The notes under the pieces: model-generated
Seen by the model: only the letters and a program-made list of their open reading frames with translations
What the model was told of the DNA's origin: nothing
Databases searched by the model: none
In this document: positions 19,326 to 32,980 of the stretch, piece by piece
Layout of the letters: each line of letters opens with the position of its first letter
Numbering within the stretch: position 1 is the first letter of the stretch
Program-made: the position numbers and the translations under genes
Assembly: GCA_002366795.1 (NCBI GenBank)
Contig: DFBX01000123.1
Location: 83,348 to 147,347 of the forward strand
From: Rhodobacteraceae bacterium UBA3069
Lineage (GTDB): Bacteria; Pseudomonadota; Alphaproteobacteria; Rhodobacterales; Rhodobacteraceae
Length of the DNA stretch: 64,000 bases
Direction of reading: 5' to 3'

Positions 19326-19772
19326 ATGAACATTTTCAGCAAACCCATCATCGCTCTCGGCCTCGCCGCCCTCGTCGCGGGCTGTACCGAGTATTCCGAG
19401 GTGACCACGCCGCCGGTGACGGCCAGCGCCAAACATTCCAGCGTGTAAGAGCGCATCAAGGGCTTTACCGAACCGGTCGTGCGCACCGTGGTCAAGGAAG
19501 GCAATAACACCAAGGAAACCACCGGCATCAAATGCACGCTCGATTCGGCTGAACTGAAGGCCAGCGTGATCACGCCCGCCAAGGTCCGCATTCCCGTCAT
19601 GCAGGGCCAGTCGACACAGATCTATGGCAAATGCACAGGTGGCGGCATGACCGGCACGCAAACCGTGCAGCCCAACTTGCAAGGCACGGCCGTTGGCGGT
19701 TCAGGCACAGTGGGGTTGGTTGCGGCCATCGTCTCTACCGCGATCGTTGCCTCGCAGGACAAATGGGGCTAA
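19326..19772 (+). pseudogene. Lipoprotein gene interrupted by an in-frame TAA (19446-19448), or two adjacent small genes
   Basis: GAGGA RBS. Lipobox LVAGC in MNIFSKPIIALGLAALVAGC. ORFs 19326..19448 and 19479..19772 are in the same frame, separated only by one TAA plus 10 sense codons. Confidence 0.5.
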
Positions 19773-19882
19773 GGCGCGAACGGAATGCCCATCGTGATCG
19801 AGATGAAGAAAACAGACTAACTCATTGTGGTATATTGATTTAGTGAAAAGGGTGCGCCGCTGTCGCGCCCTTTTTTTGGAAC

Positions 19883-20305
19883 CTATTTCGGCGGGATCGA
19901 ATAGGTCATCGAGGCCCGCGCGACCGGCGCATCGACGCCTTCGGAATAGATCAGCACATCGCCCACAGCCAGCACGCGGCCCAATTTCAAAAGCCTGCAT
20001 TCCGCAATCAGGTCCGTATTCGCCGCCGGTTTGCGCATGAAATCAAGCGAGCAATTGGTCGTCACCGCCAGCGCCTTTGGTCCGATCATCGCCAGGATCG
20101 CCAGATAAACCGACACATCCGCCAGCGCGAACATTGTAGGACCGGACACCGTGCCGCCGGGGCGCAGGTGTTTTTCGGTCACGACCTGCCGCACGGTGAT
20201 CTTCATGTCCGACACGTTTTCGACCACGAAATCCTCTGCCACCTGCGGAAATGCGACCTTGATGAACTCCATCAAGGCATTTCGATCCATTTTCAGCGCG
20301 CTCAT
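19883..20305 (-). CDS. PaaI-family hotdog-fold thioesterase
   Basis: ATG 20305 with GGAG upstream. ...HLRPGGTVSGPTMFALADVSVY... Confidence 0.85.
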   Translation of the reverse strand: MSALKMDRNALMEFIKVAFPQVAEDFVVENVSDMKITVRQVVTEKHLRPGGTVSGPTMFALADVSVYLAILAMIGPKALAVTTNCSLDFMRKPAANTDLIAECRLLKLGRVLAVGDVLIYSEGVDAPVARASMTYSIPPK

Positions 20306-20363
20306 TCTTGTTCTCCCCTCGTCTCTGCACATAGAATTGTCGCCAAATGGAGGAGAGAACAAG

Positions 20364-21149
20364 ATGGCAATTCTGGAACGTCACGACGCAGATGCGATCG
20401 CAACGCTGACATTGAACGCGCCCGACCGGCTGAACGCCCTGTCGGACGAGATGCTGGCGGCGCTTCAGGCTGAATTCGACGCGCTGGCCGAAGACCGCGC
20501 AACGCGCGCCGTGATCCTGCGCGGCACGGGCAAGGTGTTCTGCGCCGGGCACGACCTGAAACAGATGACCGCGGGGCGGCAGGCCGAGGATGGCGGCAAG
20601 GCATATTTCAAGGATCTGTTCGACCGCTGCGCGCAGATGATGACCAGCATCACCCGCCTGCCCCAGCCCGTGATTGCCGAGGTCCACGGCATCGCCACCG
20701 CCGCCGGGTGCCAGTTGGTCGCAAACTGCGACATGGCCGTGGCGGCCGAGGGCACGCGCTTTGGCGTCAACGGTGTGAATATCGGGCTGTTCTGCTCCAC
20801 CCCCATGGTGGCCCTGACCCGCAATATCCCGCGCAAACAGGCGTTTGAAATGCTGACCACCGGCCAGTTCATCCCCGCTGAGCGGGCCGAGGCATTGGGG
20901 CTGGTCAACCGCGTCGTGCCGCATGACCAGCTAGAGGCAACCACGCGTGAGCTGGCCCAGACCGTTGCGGGCAAGCTTGGCGCAGCCGTGCGCATCGGCA
21001 AAGAGGCGTTCTACACCCAGGCCACGATGGATCTGGATGCGGCCTATGCCTATGCGGGCGACGTCATGGTAAACAATATGCTGTACCGCGACACCGAAGA
21101 GGGCATCGCGGCCTTCCTCGACAAACGCCCGCCCAACTGGCAGCAATAG
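20364..21149 (+). CDS. Enoyl-CoA hydratase/isomerase family protein
   Basis: MAILERHDADAIATLTLNAPDRLNAL...FCAGHDLKQM... Confidence 0.9.
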   Translation: MAILERHDADAIATLTLNAPDRLNALSDEMLAALQAEFDALAEDRATRAVILRGTGKVFCAGHDLKQMTAGRQAEDGGKAYFKDLFDRCAQMMTSITRLPQPVIAEVHGIATAAGCQLVANCDMAVAAEGTRFGVNGVNIGLFCSTPMVALTRNIPRKQAFEMLTTGQFIPAERAEALGLVNRVVPHDQLEATTRELAQTVAGKLGAAVRIGKEAFYTQATMDLDAAYAYAGDVMVNNMLYRDTEEGIAAFLDKRPPNWQQ

Positions 21150-21376
21150 CATCGGGCAAGATTATGGCATAGATTGCGGAAAGAAATCGGGGCCTTACCG
21201 GAAAAACCTCACCCGATTGGTGAGAATTAACAAGTGTTATCAGTCAGTTAAGCAAGGCTTCGATGAATGTTTCCGTTTTCAAGAACTATTGTTTTCACAT
21301 TTGCCGCTTTTCTGCCGCAATCTGAAATGCTATCCCTAATTGCAACGGGGCAGCACGGATGCCTCGGGTCTCGATC

Positions 21377-22703
21377 ATGCGAGCTTGGGCCACCGCCGTC
21401 ATATTGTCCCTCCAGGCCACTCTCTCTCTCTGGCCAATGACAATCCGGTTGCGGTGGCCCGCGCGAACTCCCTTCCCCCTGAACCAACGGAAACAAGCGA
21501 CAGCGTGCTGCTGGGGCGCGATCTGTTTTACGACCCGATCCTGTCGGGCAATCGCAAAATTGCCTGCGCCACCTGCCACCATCCGCGGCTTGGGTCTGTC
21601 GACGGCGTGTCCCTGTCGATTGGCGAAGGCGGCGTGGGGCTTGGCCCCGATCACATGGTGCTGCGCGGTTCTGAACCGCGCGCCCGCATCGCCCGCAACG
21701 CCCGGCACTGTGGAACCTTGGCGACAGGAAATTCACCACCATGCTCCATGACGGGCGGGTCCAGAAAAATGCGACCGCGCCCTTTGGCATCCGTATGCCC
21801 GAAGGCCGCGCGCTGGAACGCGCAGTGCCCTCTGCCCTTGCCGCGCAAACGATTCTACCGGTCCTGTCACCCGATGAAATGGCCGGCCAAAAGGGCGAGA
21901 ACGACGTGGCCAATGCGGTCGACGCAGACCATATCCGTGGCCCCGATGGCGCATGGGAATTGTTGGCACGCCGGGTCGATGCGATCCCGGCCTACAAGAC
22001 ACGCTTTGCCGAACTGAACGGCGCACGACCAGTGCATATTACCGACATCGCCGTGGTGCTGGCCGATTTTATCACGGTGGAATTTTACGCAAAACAAAGC
22101 CCTTATGATGCGTTCCTCATAGGGAATTCCGCCGCATTGACCGATGCGCAGAAACGCGGACTGACCCTGTTCTAGGGCAAGGCAAAATGCGCCACCTGCC
22201 ACGCTGCCCCCTATCAGACCGACCACGACTTCCACGCCATTGGCGTCCCGCAGATCGGCCCGGGGAAAGAGGTGGACATGACCCGATACGCCGACCGTGG
22301 CCTCCAATATGTCACCGGCGACATCGAGGACCGCTATCGCTTTCGCACCCCTTCGCTGCGCAATGTGACGCTGACCGCGCCATATGGGCACAGCGGCGCT
22401 CACCCCACGCTTGTAGGCATCGTGCGCCATCATCTGGACCCGATGGCCGGCTTGATGCGCTATGACCGTGCGCAGGCAATGCTGATGCCGGCGCAATTCG
22501 GCGCGGACGATTGGGGCACGATGGAAGATCAGGACACATTGCTTGAAATCGCCGCCGGGATCGAACTGCCACCGCAAGACCTGACCGAGGGCGAGATCGC
22601 CGATATTCTGGATTTTCTGACTGCCCTGACAGACATACGCGCCGCGAAAGGTCGGCTTGGCGTGACGAAAACCGTGCCCTCGGGCCTTCCGGTCGAAAAC
22701 TGA
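21377..22703 (+). pseudogene. Di-haem cytochrome c peroxidase (CCP/MauG family) with two frameshifts and one in-frame TAG
   Basis: Signal peptide MRAWATAVILSLQATLSL is in one frame. ANDNP...CATCHHPRLG...RNA is in a second frame. LWNLGDRKFTTMLHDGRV...GLTLF is in a third. TAG follows at 22173-22175, then GKAKCATCHAAP...PVEN continues in the same frame. Confidence 0.85.
21420..21431. repeat. (CT)6 dinucleotide tract at the first frameshift of the peroxidase pseudogene
   Basis: ctctctctctct. Removing one CT unit joins the signal peptide in frame to ...TLSLANDNPVAV... Confidence 0.9.
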
Positions 22704-22743
22704 ACCCTTTTCAAGCTGCCCTGCTTGCCCTAGATGCCCTTTC

Positions 22744-24111
22744 ATGGACAAAATATTGCATATCATCGGCGGCGGCATGGCCGGATCTGAAGCGGCCTGG
22801 CAAGCGGCCAACATGGGCGTCGAGGTGGTCATACACGAGATGCGCCCAAAGGTAGAAACCTTTGCCCACCGCACCGGAAACCTGGCGGAAATGGTGTGTT
22901 CCAATTCCTTCCGCTCGGACGACAGCGAGCAGAACGCCGTGGGGCTTCTGCATTGGGAAATGCGCCGCGCAGGCGGGATTATCATGGGCATGGCCGACAA
23001 GCACCGCCTGCCTGCCGGCGGCGCATTGGCGGTTGATCGCGATCCATTTTCCAAAAGCGTATCCAGTGCTTTGCGTGCCCTTCCTAATGTATCAGTCGAG
23101 GCAGGCGAGATCTCTGAACTGCCGCAAGACGGCCACTGGATCATTGCCACCGGCCCGCTGACCTCTTCTGCCTTGGGCCAGGCGACTGCCGCTGAAACCG
23201 GCGCCGATGCGTTGGCCTTTTTCGATGCCATCGCGCCCATCGTCTATGCCGAAAGCATTGACATGGACGTGGCCTGGATGCAGTCGCGCTATGACAAGGG
23301 CGAGACAGAGGCGGAGCAGAAGGCCTACCTCAACTGTCCGATGACCAAACCGCAGTACGAGGCGTTCATCGACGCGCTTCTGGCCGCCGACAAGACTGAA
23401 TTCCATGAGGGCGAGACCGCCGGATATTTCGACGGTTGCCTGCCGATCGAAGTGATGGCCGAACGCGGTCGCGAGACCCTGCGCCACGGCCCGATGAAAC
23501 CCGTCGGCCTGACCAACGCCCATGACCCGGAAAACAAACCCTATGCCGTGGTGCAGCTGCGCCGCGACAATGCGCTTGGCACGCTGTTCAACATCGTCGG
23601 CTTCCAGACCAAGATGAAATACGGCGCGCAAACCGATGTGTTCCGTATGATTCCGGGGCTGGAAAACGCCAGTTTCGCGCGGCTTGGCGGCATCCACCGC
23701 AACACATTTTTGAATTCGCCCACCCTGCTGGACCACCAGATGCGGTTGAAATCCCGCCCGAACATCCGCTTTGCCGGGCAAATCACCGGAGTCGAGGGCT
23801 ATGTCGAAAGCGCCGCCATGGGGCTGGTCGCCGGCCGTCTGGCCGCCGCAGAAATCCTTGGCCAAGACATGCCCGTGGTGCCGCAAGACACAGCCATGGG
23901 CGCGTTGATCCATCACATTACCGGCGGGGCCGAGGCAAAGACATTCCAGCCGATGAACGTGAATTTCGGCCTGTTCCGCCCGCTTGAGGGGCTGAAAGGC
24001 GGCCGCAAAGGGCGCAAGGACCGCTACAAAGCCTACACCGACCGTGCGAAAGAGGCGTGGGATGAATGGCTGCTTGAAACGAAACTGGACGCTCCCGCCC
24101 TGCCCGCGTAA
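22744..24111 (+). CDS. trmFO: Methylenetetrahydrofolate--tRNA-(uracil-5)-methyltransferase
   Basis: [35 protein letters not shown]... Confidence 0.95.
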   Translation: MDKILHIIGGGMAGSEAAWQAANMGVEVVIHEMRPKVETFAHRTGNLAEMVCSNSFRSDDSEQNAVGLLHWEMRRAGGIIMGMADKHRLPAGGALAVDRDPFSKSVSSALRALPNVSVEAGEISELPQDGHWIIATGPLTSSALGQATAAETGADALAFFDAIAPIVYAESIDMDVAWMQSRYDKGETEAEQKAYLNCPMTKPQYEAFIDALLAADKTEFHEGETAGYFDGCLPIEVMAERGRETLRHGPMKPVGLTNAHDPENKPYAVVQLRRDNALGTLFNIVGFQTKMKYGAQTDVFRMIPGLENASFARLGGIHRNTFLNSPTLLDHQMRLKSRPNIRFAGQITGVEGYVESAAMGLVAGRLAAAEILGQDMPVVPQDTAMGALIHHITGGAEAKTFQPMNVNFGLFRPLEGLKGGRKGRKDRYKAYTDRAKEAWDEWLLETKLDAPALPA

Positions 24112-24144
24112 ATCTTGGGGTGTCCCAGGATCAGAAAGGCAGAC

Positions 24145-25011
24145 ATGCGCACCCGTTTTGCTCCCAGCCCCACCGGCCCGCTGCATCTGGGTCATGCCTA
24201 TTCGGCCATGCTGGCCCATGACATGGCGAAAGCCGCAGGTGGAACATTCCTGTTGCGGATCGAGGATATCGATCAGACCCGCACCCGCCCCGAATGGGAG
24301 GCGCAGATTTACGATGACCTGCAATGGCTTGGGCTGGACTGGCCGCGCCCCGTGATGCGCCAGTCGGACCGGTTGCCGGACTATCGTCGCGCCCTGTCGC
24401 ATCTTTGGGCGCGGGGGCTGATCTACCCCTGCACCTGCACACGCCGCGACATTGCCGAGGCACTGTCCGCCCCGCAAGAGGGCACCCCTGGCCCCGATGG
24501 CCCCGCCTATCCCGGCACCTGCCGCATAAACCCTGCCCCCACCGACCCAATGCCCGACCAGGCCCTGCGCCTGAACATGGCGCGCGCCCTGGCCGTGGTG
24601 ACGCATCGCCCCCTTGCCCGCCCCCTACGCTTTACCGAGGAAGGCGCAGGCCCGAACGAGGAACATGGCCAGATCAATATCGACCCGCAAACCCTTATGG
24701 ATGCTGGTGATATTGTCTTGGCGCGGCGTGAATTCGGCACCTCCTACCACCTGTCGGTGGTGCTGGACGATACCGCCCAAGGCATCACCCATGTGATCCG
24801 CGGTCGTGACCTGTTCGCAGCAACAGCGATCCATGTGTTACTGCAAAACCTGCTGGAACTGCCCACGCCCGTCTATCACCATCACCGGCTGATCCGCGAC
24901 GAGCATGGCAAACGGCTCGCCAAGCGCGATGACGCCCGCGCCATTGCCAAGTTCCGCGCCGCCGGTGAAACAAAAGAAGATATCCGCCAAAGGGTTGGGC
25001 TGGAACCTTAA
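24145..25011 (+). CDS. gluQ: Glutamyl-Q tRNA(Asp) synthetase
   Basis: MRTRFAPSPTGPLHLGHAYSA...LLRIEDID... Confidence 0.9.
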   Translation: MRTRFAPSPTGPLHLGHAYSAMLAHDMAKAAGGTFLLRIEDIDQTRTRPEWEAQIYDDLQWLGLDWPRPVMRQSDRLPDYRRALSHLWARGLIYPCTCTRRDIAEALSAPQEGTPGPDGPAYPGTCRINPAPTDPMPDQALRLNMARALAVVTHRPLARPLRFTEEGAGPNEEHGQINIDPQTLMDAGDIVLARREFGTSYHLSVVLDDTAQGITHVIRGRDLFAATAIHVLLQNLLELPTPVYHHHRLIRDEHGKRLAKRDDARAIAKFRAAGETKEDIRQRVGLEP

Positions 25012-25026
25012 ACGATTAAGACGTGT

Positions 25027-25389
25027 TTACTCTTCCATGGGCTGCATGATCTCAACCTCTTCATCGCCCCGCACCGCCGTGTAGAAACAGGACCGGCGGT
25101 TGGTGTGGCAGGCCGGGCCTTCCTGTTCGACCAGAACCAGCAGGCAATCGCGGTCACAATCCACGCGCATTTCCACCAGTTTCTGGGTATGACCCGAACT
25201 TTCGCCCTTCACCCAGAATGATGCGCGCGAGCGCGACCAATAGGTGACACGGCCCGTTTCAAGCGTTTTCGCCACGGCCTCGGCGTTCATCCAGGCCATC
25301 ATCAACACCTCGCCGGTCGCGGCCTCTTGCGCGATGGCGGGGATCAGGCCCTTGTCGTCATACTTTAGGCTCAGGGGATCGAAAGACAT
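25027..25389 (-). CDS. hisI: Phosphoribosyl-AMP cyclohydrolase
   Basis: ...GLIPAIAQEAATGEVLMMAWMN...TYWSRSR...CDRDCLL...CHTNRRSCFY. Confidence 0.93.
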   Translation of the reverse strand: MSFDPLSLKYDDKGLIPAIAQEAATGEVLMMAWMNAEAVAKTLETGRVTYWSRSRASFWVKGESSGHTQKLVEMRVDCDRDCLLVLVEQEGPACHTNRRSCFYTAVRGDEEVEIMQPMEE

Positions 25390-25458
25390 GGGGAAAACCT
25401 TTTGCATCTGCTGCGTCGCACCCTATTTATGGAACCATCCAGCCCAAGGAAACCCGCC

Positions 25459-25908
25459 ATGAGCGACAGCGACCTGATCAAACTCTATTCCGGCCAGATT
25501 CTGGCGCTTGCCGCCGACATTCCGCATCTGGGGCGGCTCGACGCGCCGCAGGCCAGCGTCAAGAAACGCTCACCGCTGTGCGGCTCAACCGTGACTGTGG
25601 ACGTGGTGATGAAGAACGGGCGCGTGACGGAATATGCGCAGGATGTAAAGGCCTGCGCGCTTGGTCAGGCGGCGGCTTCGGTCGTTGGGGCGGCCATTGT
25701 CGGCACCACCCGCGCCCAGATAGAAGAAGTGCGTAACGCCTTGAAATCCATGCTGAAAAATGACGGTCCGATCCCGCCCGCACCGTTCGACGGGCTAGAG
25801 GTGTTGCGCCCCGCGCAGGGGTACAAGAACCGCCACGCCTCTATCCTGTTGACGCTGGACGCTGCCTGCGAAGCTGCGGTCGAAGCTGAAAAAGCCGATT
25901 GCGCTTAA
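25459..25908 (+). CDS. NifU/IscU-like iron-sulfur cluster assembly scaffold protein
   Basis: MSDSDLIKLYSGQILALAADIPHLGRL...SPLCGSTVTVDV...CALGQAAAS. Confidence 0.8.
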   Translation: MSDSDLIKLYSGQILALAADIPHLGRLDAPQASVKKRSPLCGSTVTVDVVMKNGRVTEYAQDVKACALGQAAASVVGAAIVGTTRAQIEEVRNALKSMLKNDGPIPPAPFDGLEVLRPAQGYKNRHASILLTLDAACEAAVEAEKADCA

Positions 25909-25959
25909 CCGGCGCTTAGGAATGTCGGTATATTTCCTTCGCTAAACGAGGGAGATTGC

Positions 25960-27375
25960 ATGATTCCGAAAATCGACAAGAACGATGCGGCGCCTGTCCA
26001 ATTCGATCCGGCCATGATGAACAGGCTGGCCCAAACCGCGTCGCAGCTTGGTTTTGAAATCGTCGATATTGACGGTTTCCTGACCCTGATCGCCAAGCAA
26101 AGCCATGAACAACTGTCGGCAGTGACGGCGGTGGAATCCGGCGCGCGCAAGGTGATCCGCGCCAATAATGGCGTGACAGAGGCGGTCGCACATATCACCT
26201 CTTCGACAGCGAAAACCCTTGAAACGGTGACCAGTTCCGTGGATTTCGTACGCGCGGCCGGCGGCCAGTCGCGCAACCTGGCCGAATGGGTGCAAACACT
26301 GAACGAAACCTCCTCCAACGCGCAGGGCATTGTCGGCACGGTGCGGCGCAACAACGAGGAAATCAGCGATATTGCCGAGCAGGTGAATATCCTTGCCATC
26401 AACGCCAAGATCGAAGCAGCCCGCGCGGGCGAGGCGGGGCGCGGTTTCGCCGTGGTGGCGGACGCGGTGAACGATTTGTCGCGCCATACGCAACGCGCGG
26501 CGCAATCAATTTCGGATTCGGTCGAGGAACTGACCCGCTGGATCACCGAAATGCGAAAATCTGCGGGCGATGCGGCGCGCGATGCCGATAAGATCCTGAC
26601 CCATTCGCAGGACATCGACAGCTCGCTTCAAGGGATCGAACGCGGCATTAGGGAGGCACATAAAGATGCGTCCGGGATCGGAAAACTGGCCGGACATGTC
26701 AGCCACGCGGTCAAAGAATTCTCACCCGCCATTGCCCGCATAGGCGAGGCCGCGCGCCAGACCACCACGCAAATCGACACCGCAAACGAGCGTGTCTCGC
26801 GCCTTGTGGAAAGCTCTGAAAAGATCGTGCAGGACAGCGTTGCGCTTGGCGGCTCCAGCGATGACGCGCCATTCATTGACTTCGTGACCGATGCCGCCCG
26901 CCGCACGGCTCGCGCGATGAAACAAGCCGTAGCGCAAGGCGAGATCACGATGGAAGCATTGTTTTTACGCCAATACCGGCCGATCAACGGGACAAATCCC
27001 CAGCAATTCCTGGCTGCCTTTAGCCAGTTGACGGACAGGATCATGCCGGCGTTCCAGGAACCCGCGCTGGAACTGGATCCACGCGTAGTGTTCTGCGCCG
27101 CCGTCGATGTAAACGGCTATCTGCCGACCCATAACAGGAAATTTTCGGCAGAGCCGGGGGATGATCCGGTCTGGAACGCAGCCAATTGCCGGAACCGCCG
27201 CATTTTCGACGACCGTGTCGGGCTGAAATCGGGGCGCAATACTCAACCCTTTTTGCTGCAAGTCTACCGGCGCGACATGGGTGGCGGCGCGTTCAAGATG
27301 ATGAAGGATCTGTCAGCCCCGATTGATGTGAACGGGCGTCATTGGGGCGGGCTGCGACTGGCCTATACGATGTAA
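25960..27375 (+). CDS. Soluble methyl-accepting-chemotaxis-like protein: N-terminal MA signalling domain, C-terminal Cache/PDC-like domain
   Basis: Signalling hairpin tip [31 protein letters not shown]. No TM or HAMP segment seen. C-terminal [11 protein letters not shown]...NRRIFDD...[11 protein letters not shown]. Confidence 0.85.
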   Translation: MIPKIDKNDAAPVQFDPAMMNRLAQTASQLGFEIVDIDGFLTLIAKQSHEQLSAVTAVESGARKVIRANNGVTEAVAHITSSTAKTLETVTSSVDFVRAAGGQSRNLAEWVQTLNETSSNAQGIVGTVRRNNEEISDIAEQVNILAINAKIEAARAGEAGRGFAVVADAVNDLSRHTQRAAQSISDSVEELTRWITEMRKSAGDAARDADKILTHSQDIDSSLQGIERGIREAHKDASGIGKLAGHVSHAVKEFSPAIARIGEAARQTTTQIDTANERVSRLVESSEKIVQDSVALGGSSDDAPFIDFVTDAARRTARAMKQAVAQGEITMEALFLRQYRPINGTNPQQFLAAFSQLTDRIMPAFQEPALELDPRVVFCAAVDVNGYLPTHNRKFSAEPGDDPVWNAANCRNRRIFDDRVGLKSGRNTQPFLLQVYRRDMGGGAFKMMKDLSAPIDVNGRHWGGLRLAYTM

Positions 27376-27412
27376 AAAAAACCGCCGCACTTCCGGGGAC
27401 GGAAGGCGGCGG
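27374..27412 (-). terminator. Intrinsic terminator oriented for the minus strand
   Basis: 12-bp stem (ccgccgcacttcc / ggaaggcggcgg, one bulge). The A8 run on the plus strand is a U8 after the hairpin on the minus strand. Confidence 0.75.
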
Positions 27413-27594
27413 CAAGGGTTGCTTTCTCATGTGGGATCCGGTCCGCCCTGAAAGGCGTGGGTCGAGGCAGTGACCCTGAAAACCGTTGGAACGGGACAGG
27501 CAATGTCCATAACGCATCAATTTGGGACAGGGATGCGCGGGCGTCCGGCACGAGATTGCAGGCAGAAAACGTAAATACTCCGAATTTTGTTCCG

Positions 27595-27717
27595 TCAGGA
27601 CGCGAACAGCGGCAGGTGAAGGGCAACGGCCATCATCACGATCAAAGAGGCCACACCGACGGCATCGGCAAGCAGAGTGTCGCAGCGGGCGGTCACGGTC
27701 TTGATTTGGTGGATCAT
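27595..27717 (-). CDS. Candidate 40-aa hydrophobic peptide
   Basis: Not listed separately; it is the C-terminal part of track ORF 27595..27885. AGGAGA lies 7 nt before the ATG. MIHQIKTVTARCDTLLADAVGVASLIVMMAVALHLPLFAS. GC-rich third positions. Confidence 0.4.
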   Translation of the reverse strand: MIHQIKTVTARCDTLLADAVGVASLIVMMAVALHLPLFAS

Positions 27718-27793
27718 GGCGGGCTCTCCTGTTCGGGGTTCGCGTTGTGTCTCTTGTTGCTCCTTTGTTCTCATATGATTAACCTTGTGTAAA

Positions 27794-27818
27794 GAACTTT
27801 TTAAGAACATTTGAGAAC
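27794..27818. promoter_or_regulatory. SOS-box-like direct repeat GAAC-N7-GAAC-N6-GAAC
   Basis: GAACtttttaaGAACatttgaGAAC. The first pair has the N7 spacing of the alphaproteobacterial LexA box, and the same motif lies upstream of recA at 57002. Confidence 0.4.
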
Positions 27819-27836
27819 AAAACGGTTCGAAAAATC

Positions 27837-32167
<4,331 letters not shown>

Positions 32168-32170
32168 TTA

Positions 32171-32887
32171 TCAGGCGCCCATGGCGATGCGCTGTTCGTC
32201 CAGCCCGGCGGGTTCAGGATCGCGCAGCACATACCCACGGCCCCAGACCGTTTCGATATAATTGTCGCCGCCCGTGGCCGTGGCCAATTTCTTGCGGAGC
32301 TTGCAAATAAACACGTCGATGATTTTCAATTCCGGCTCGTCCATGCCGCCGTAAAGATGGTTCAGGAACATTTCCTTGGTCAGGGTCGTGCCCTTGCGCA
32401 GGCTCAGCAGTTCCAGCATCTGGTATTCCTTGCCGGTCAGATGCACGGGCTTGCCGGCCACATCCACGGTTTTCGCGTCAAGGTTTACAGAAATCTTGCC
32501 GGTGCGAATGACCGATTGCGAATGCCCCTTGGACCGGCGGATGATCGCATGGATGCGCGCCACCAGTTCCTCGCGGTGAAAGGGTTTGGTCAGGTAATCA
32601 TCGGCCCCAAAGCCGAACCCCTTGATCTTGTTCTCGGTATCGTCCGCCCCGGTCAGGATCAGGATCGGCGTTTCCACCCGGCTCAGCCGCAGTTGGCGCA
32701 GCACTTCATGGCCGTTCATATCCGGCAGACCTAGATCCAGCAAAATAAGATCGTAATCATACAGCTTTGCCAGGTCGATGCCTTCTTCGCCCAAGTCGGT
32801 GGTAAAGACGTTAAGATTGGCATGGGTCAGCATCATCTCGATACTTTTCGAGGTCGTAGGGTCGTCTTCCACCAGAAGCACGCGCAT
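32171..32887 (-). CDS. ctrA: Cell-cycle response regulator CtrA
   Basis: [57 protein letters not shown]...[14 protein letters not shown]. Confidence 0.93.
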   Translation of the reverse strand: MRVLLVEDDPTTSKSIEMMLTHANLNVFTTDLGEEGIDLAKLYDYDLILLDLGLPDMNGHEVLRQLRLSRVETPILILTGADDTENKIKGFGFGADDYLTKPFHREELVARIHAIIRRSKGHSQSVIRTGKISVNLDAKTVDVAGKPVHLTGKEYQMLELLSLRKGTTLTKEMFLNHLYGGMDEPELKIIDVFICKLRKKLATATGGDNYIETVWGRGYVLRDPEPAGLDEQRIAMGA

Positions 32888-32938
32888 TTAAAATCTCCGT
32901 TTTCGGTTCGTTCTTGAATTAACCGTGAACAAAAAAGG

Positions 32939-32953
32939 TTAACCAATCTTTAC
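32939..32953. promoter_or_regulatory. Near-consensus CtrA box upstream of ctrA
   Basis: TTAAccaatctTTAC (7 of 8 half-site bases). A related TTAAtccaatcTACC lies at 32967-32981. Confidence 0.3.
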
Positions 32954-32980
32954 CGCGAATGAGAATTTAATCCAATCTAC

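Noticed and set aside
22173-22175. In-frame TAG in the peroxidase gene considered as a possible pyrrolysine or readthrough codon, given an MttB-family gene in the window
   Set aside because: The MttB homolog here has no in-frame TAG, so it is the non-Pyl type. No pyl genes are visible. The same peroxidase gene also has two frameshifts, so a plain nonsense mutation is the simpler explanation.
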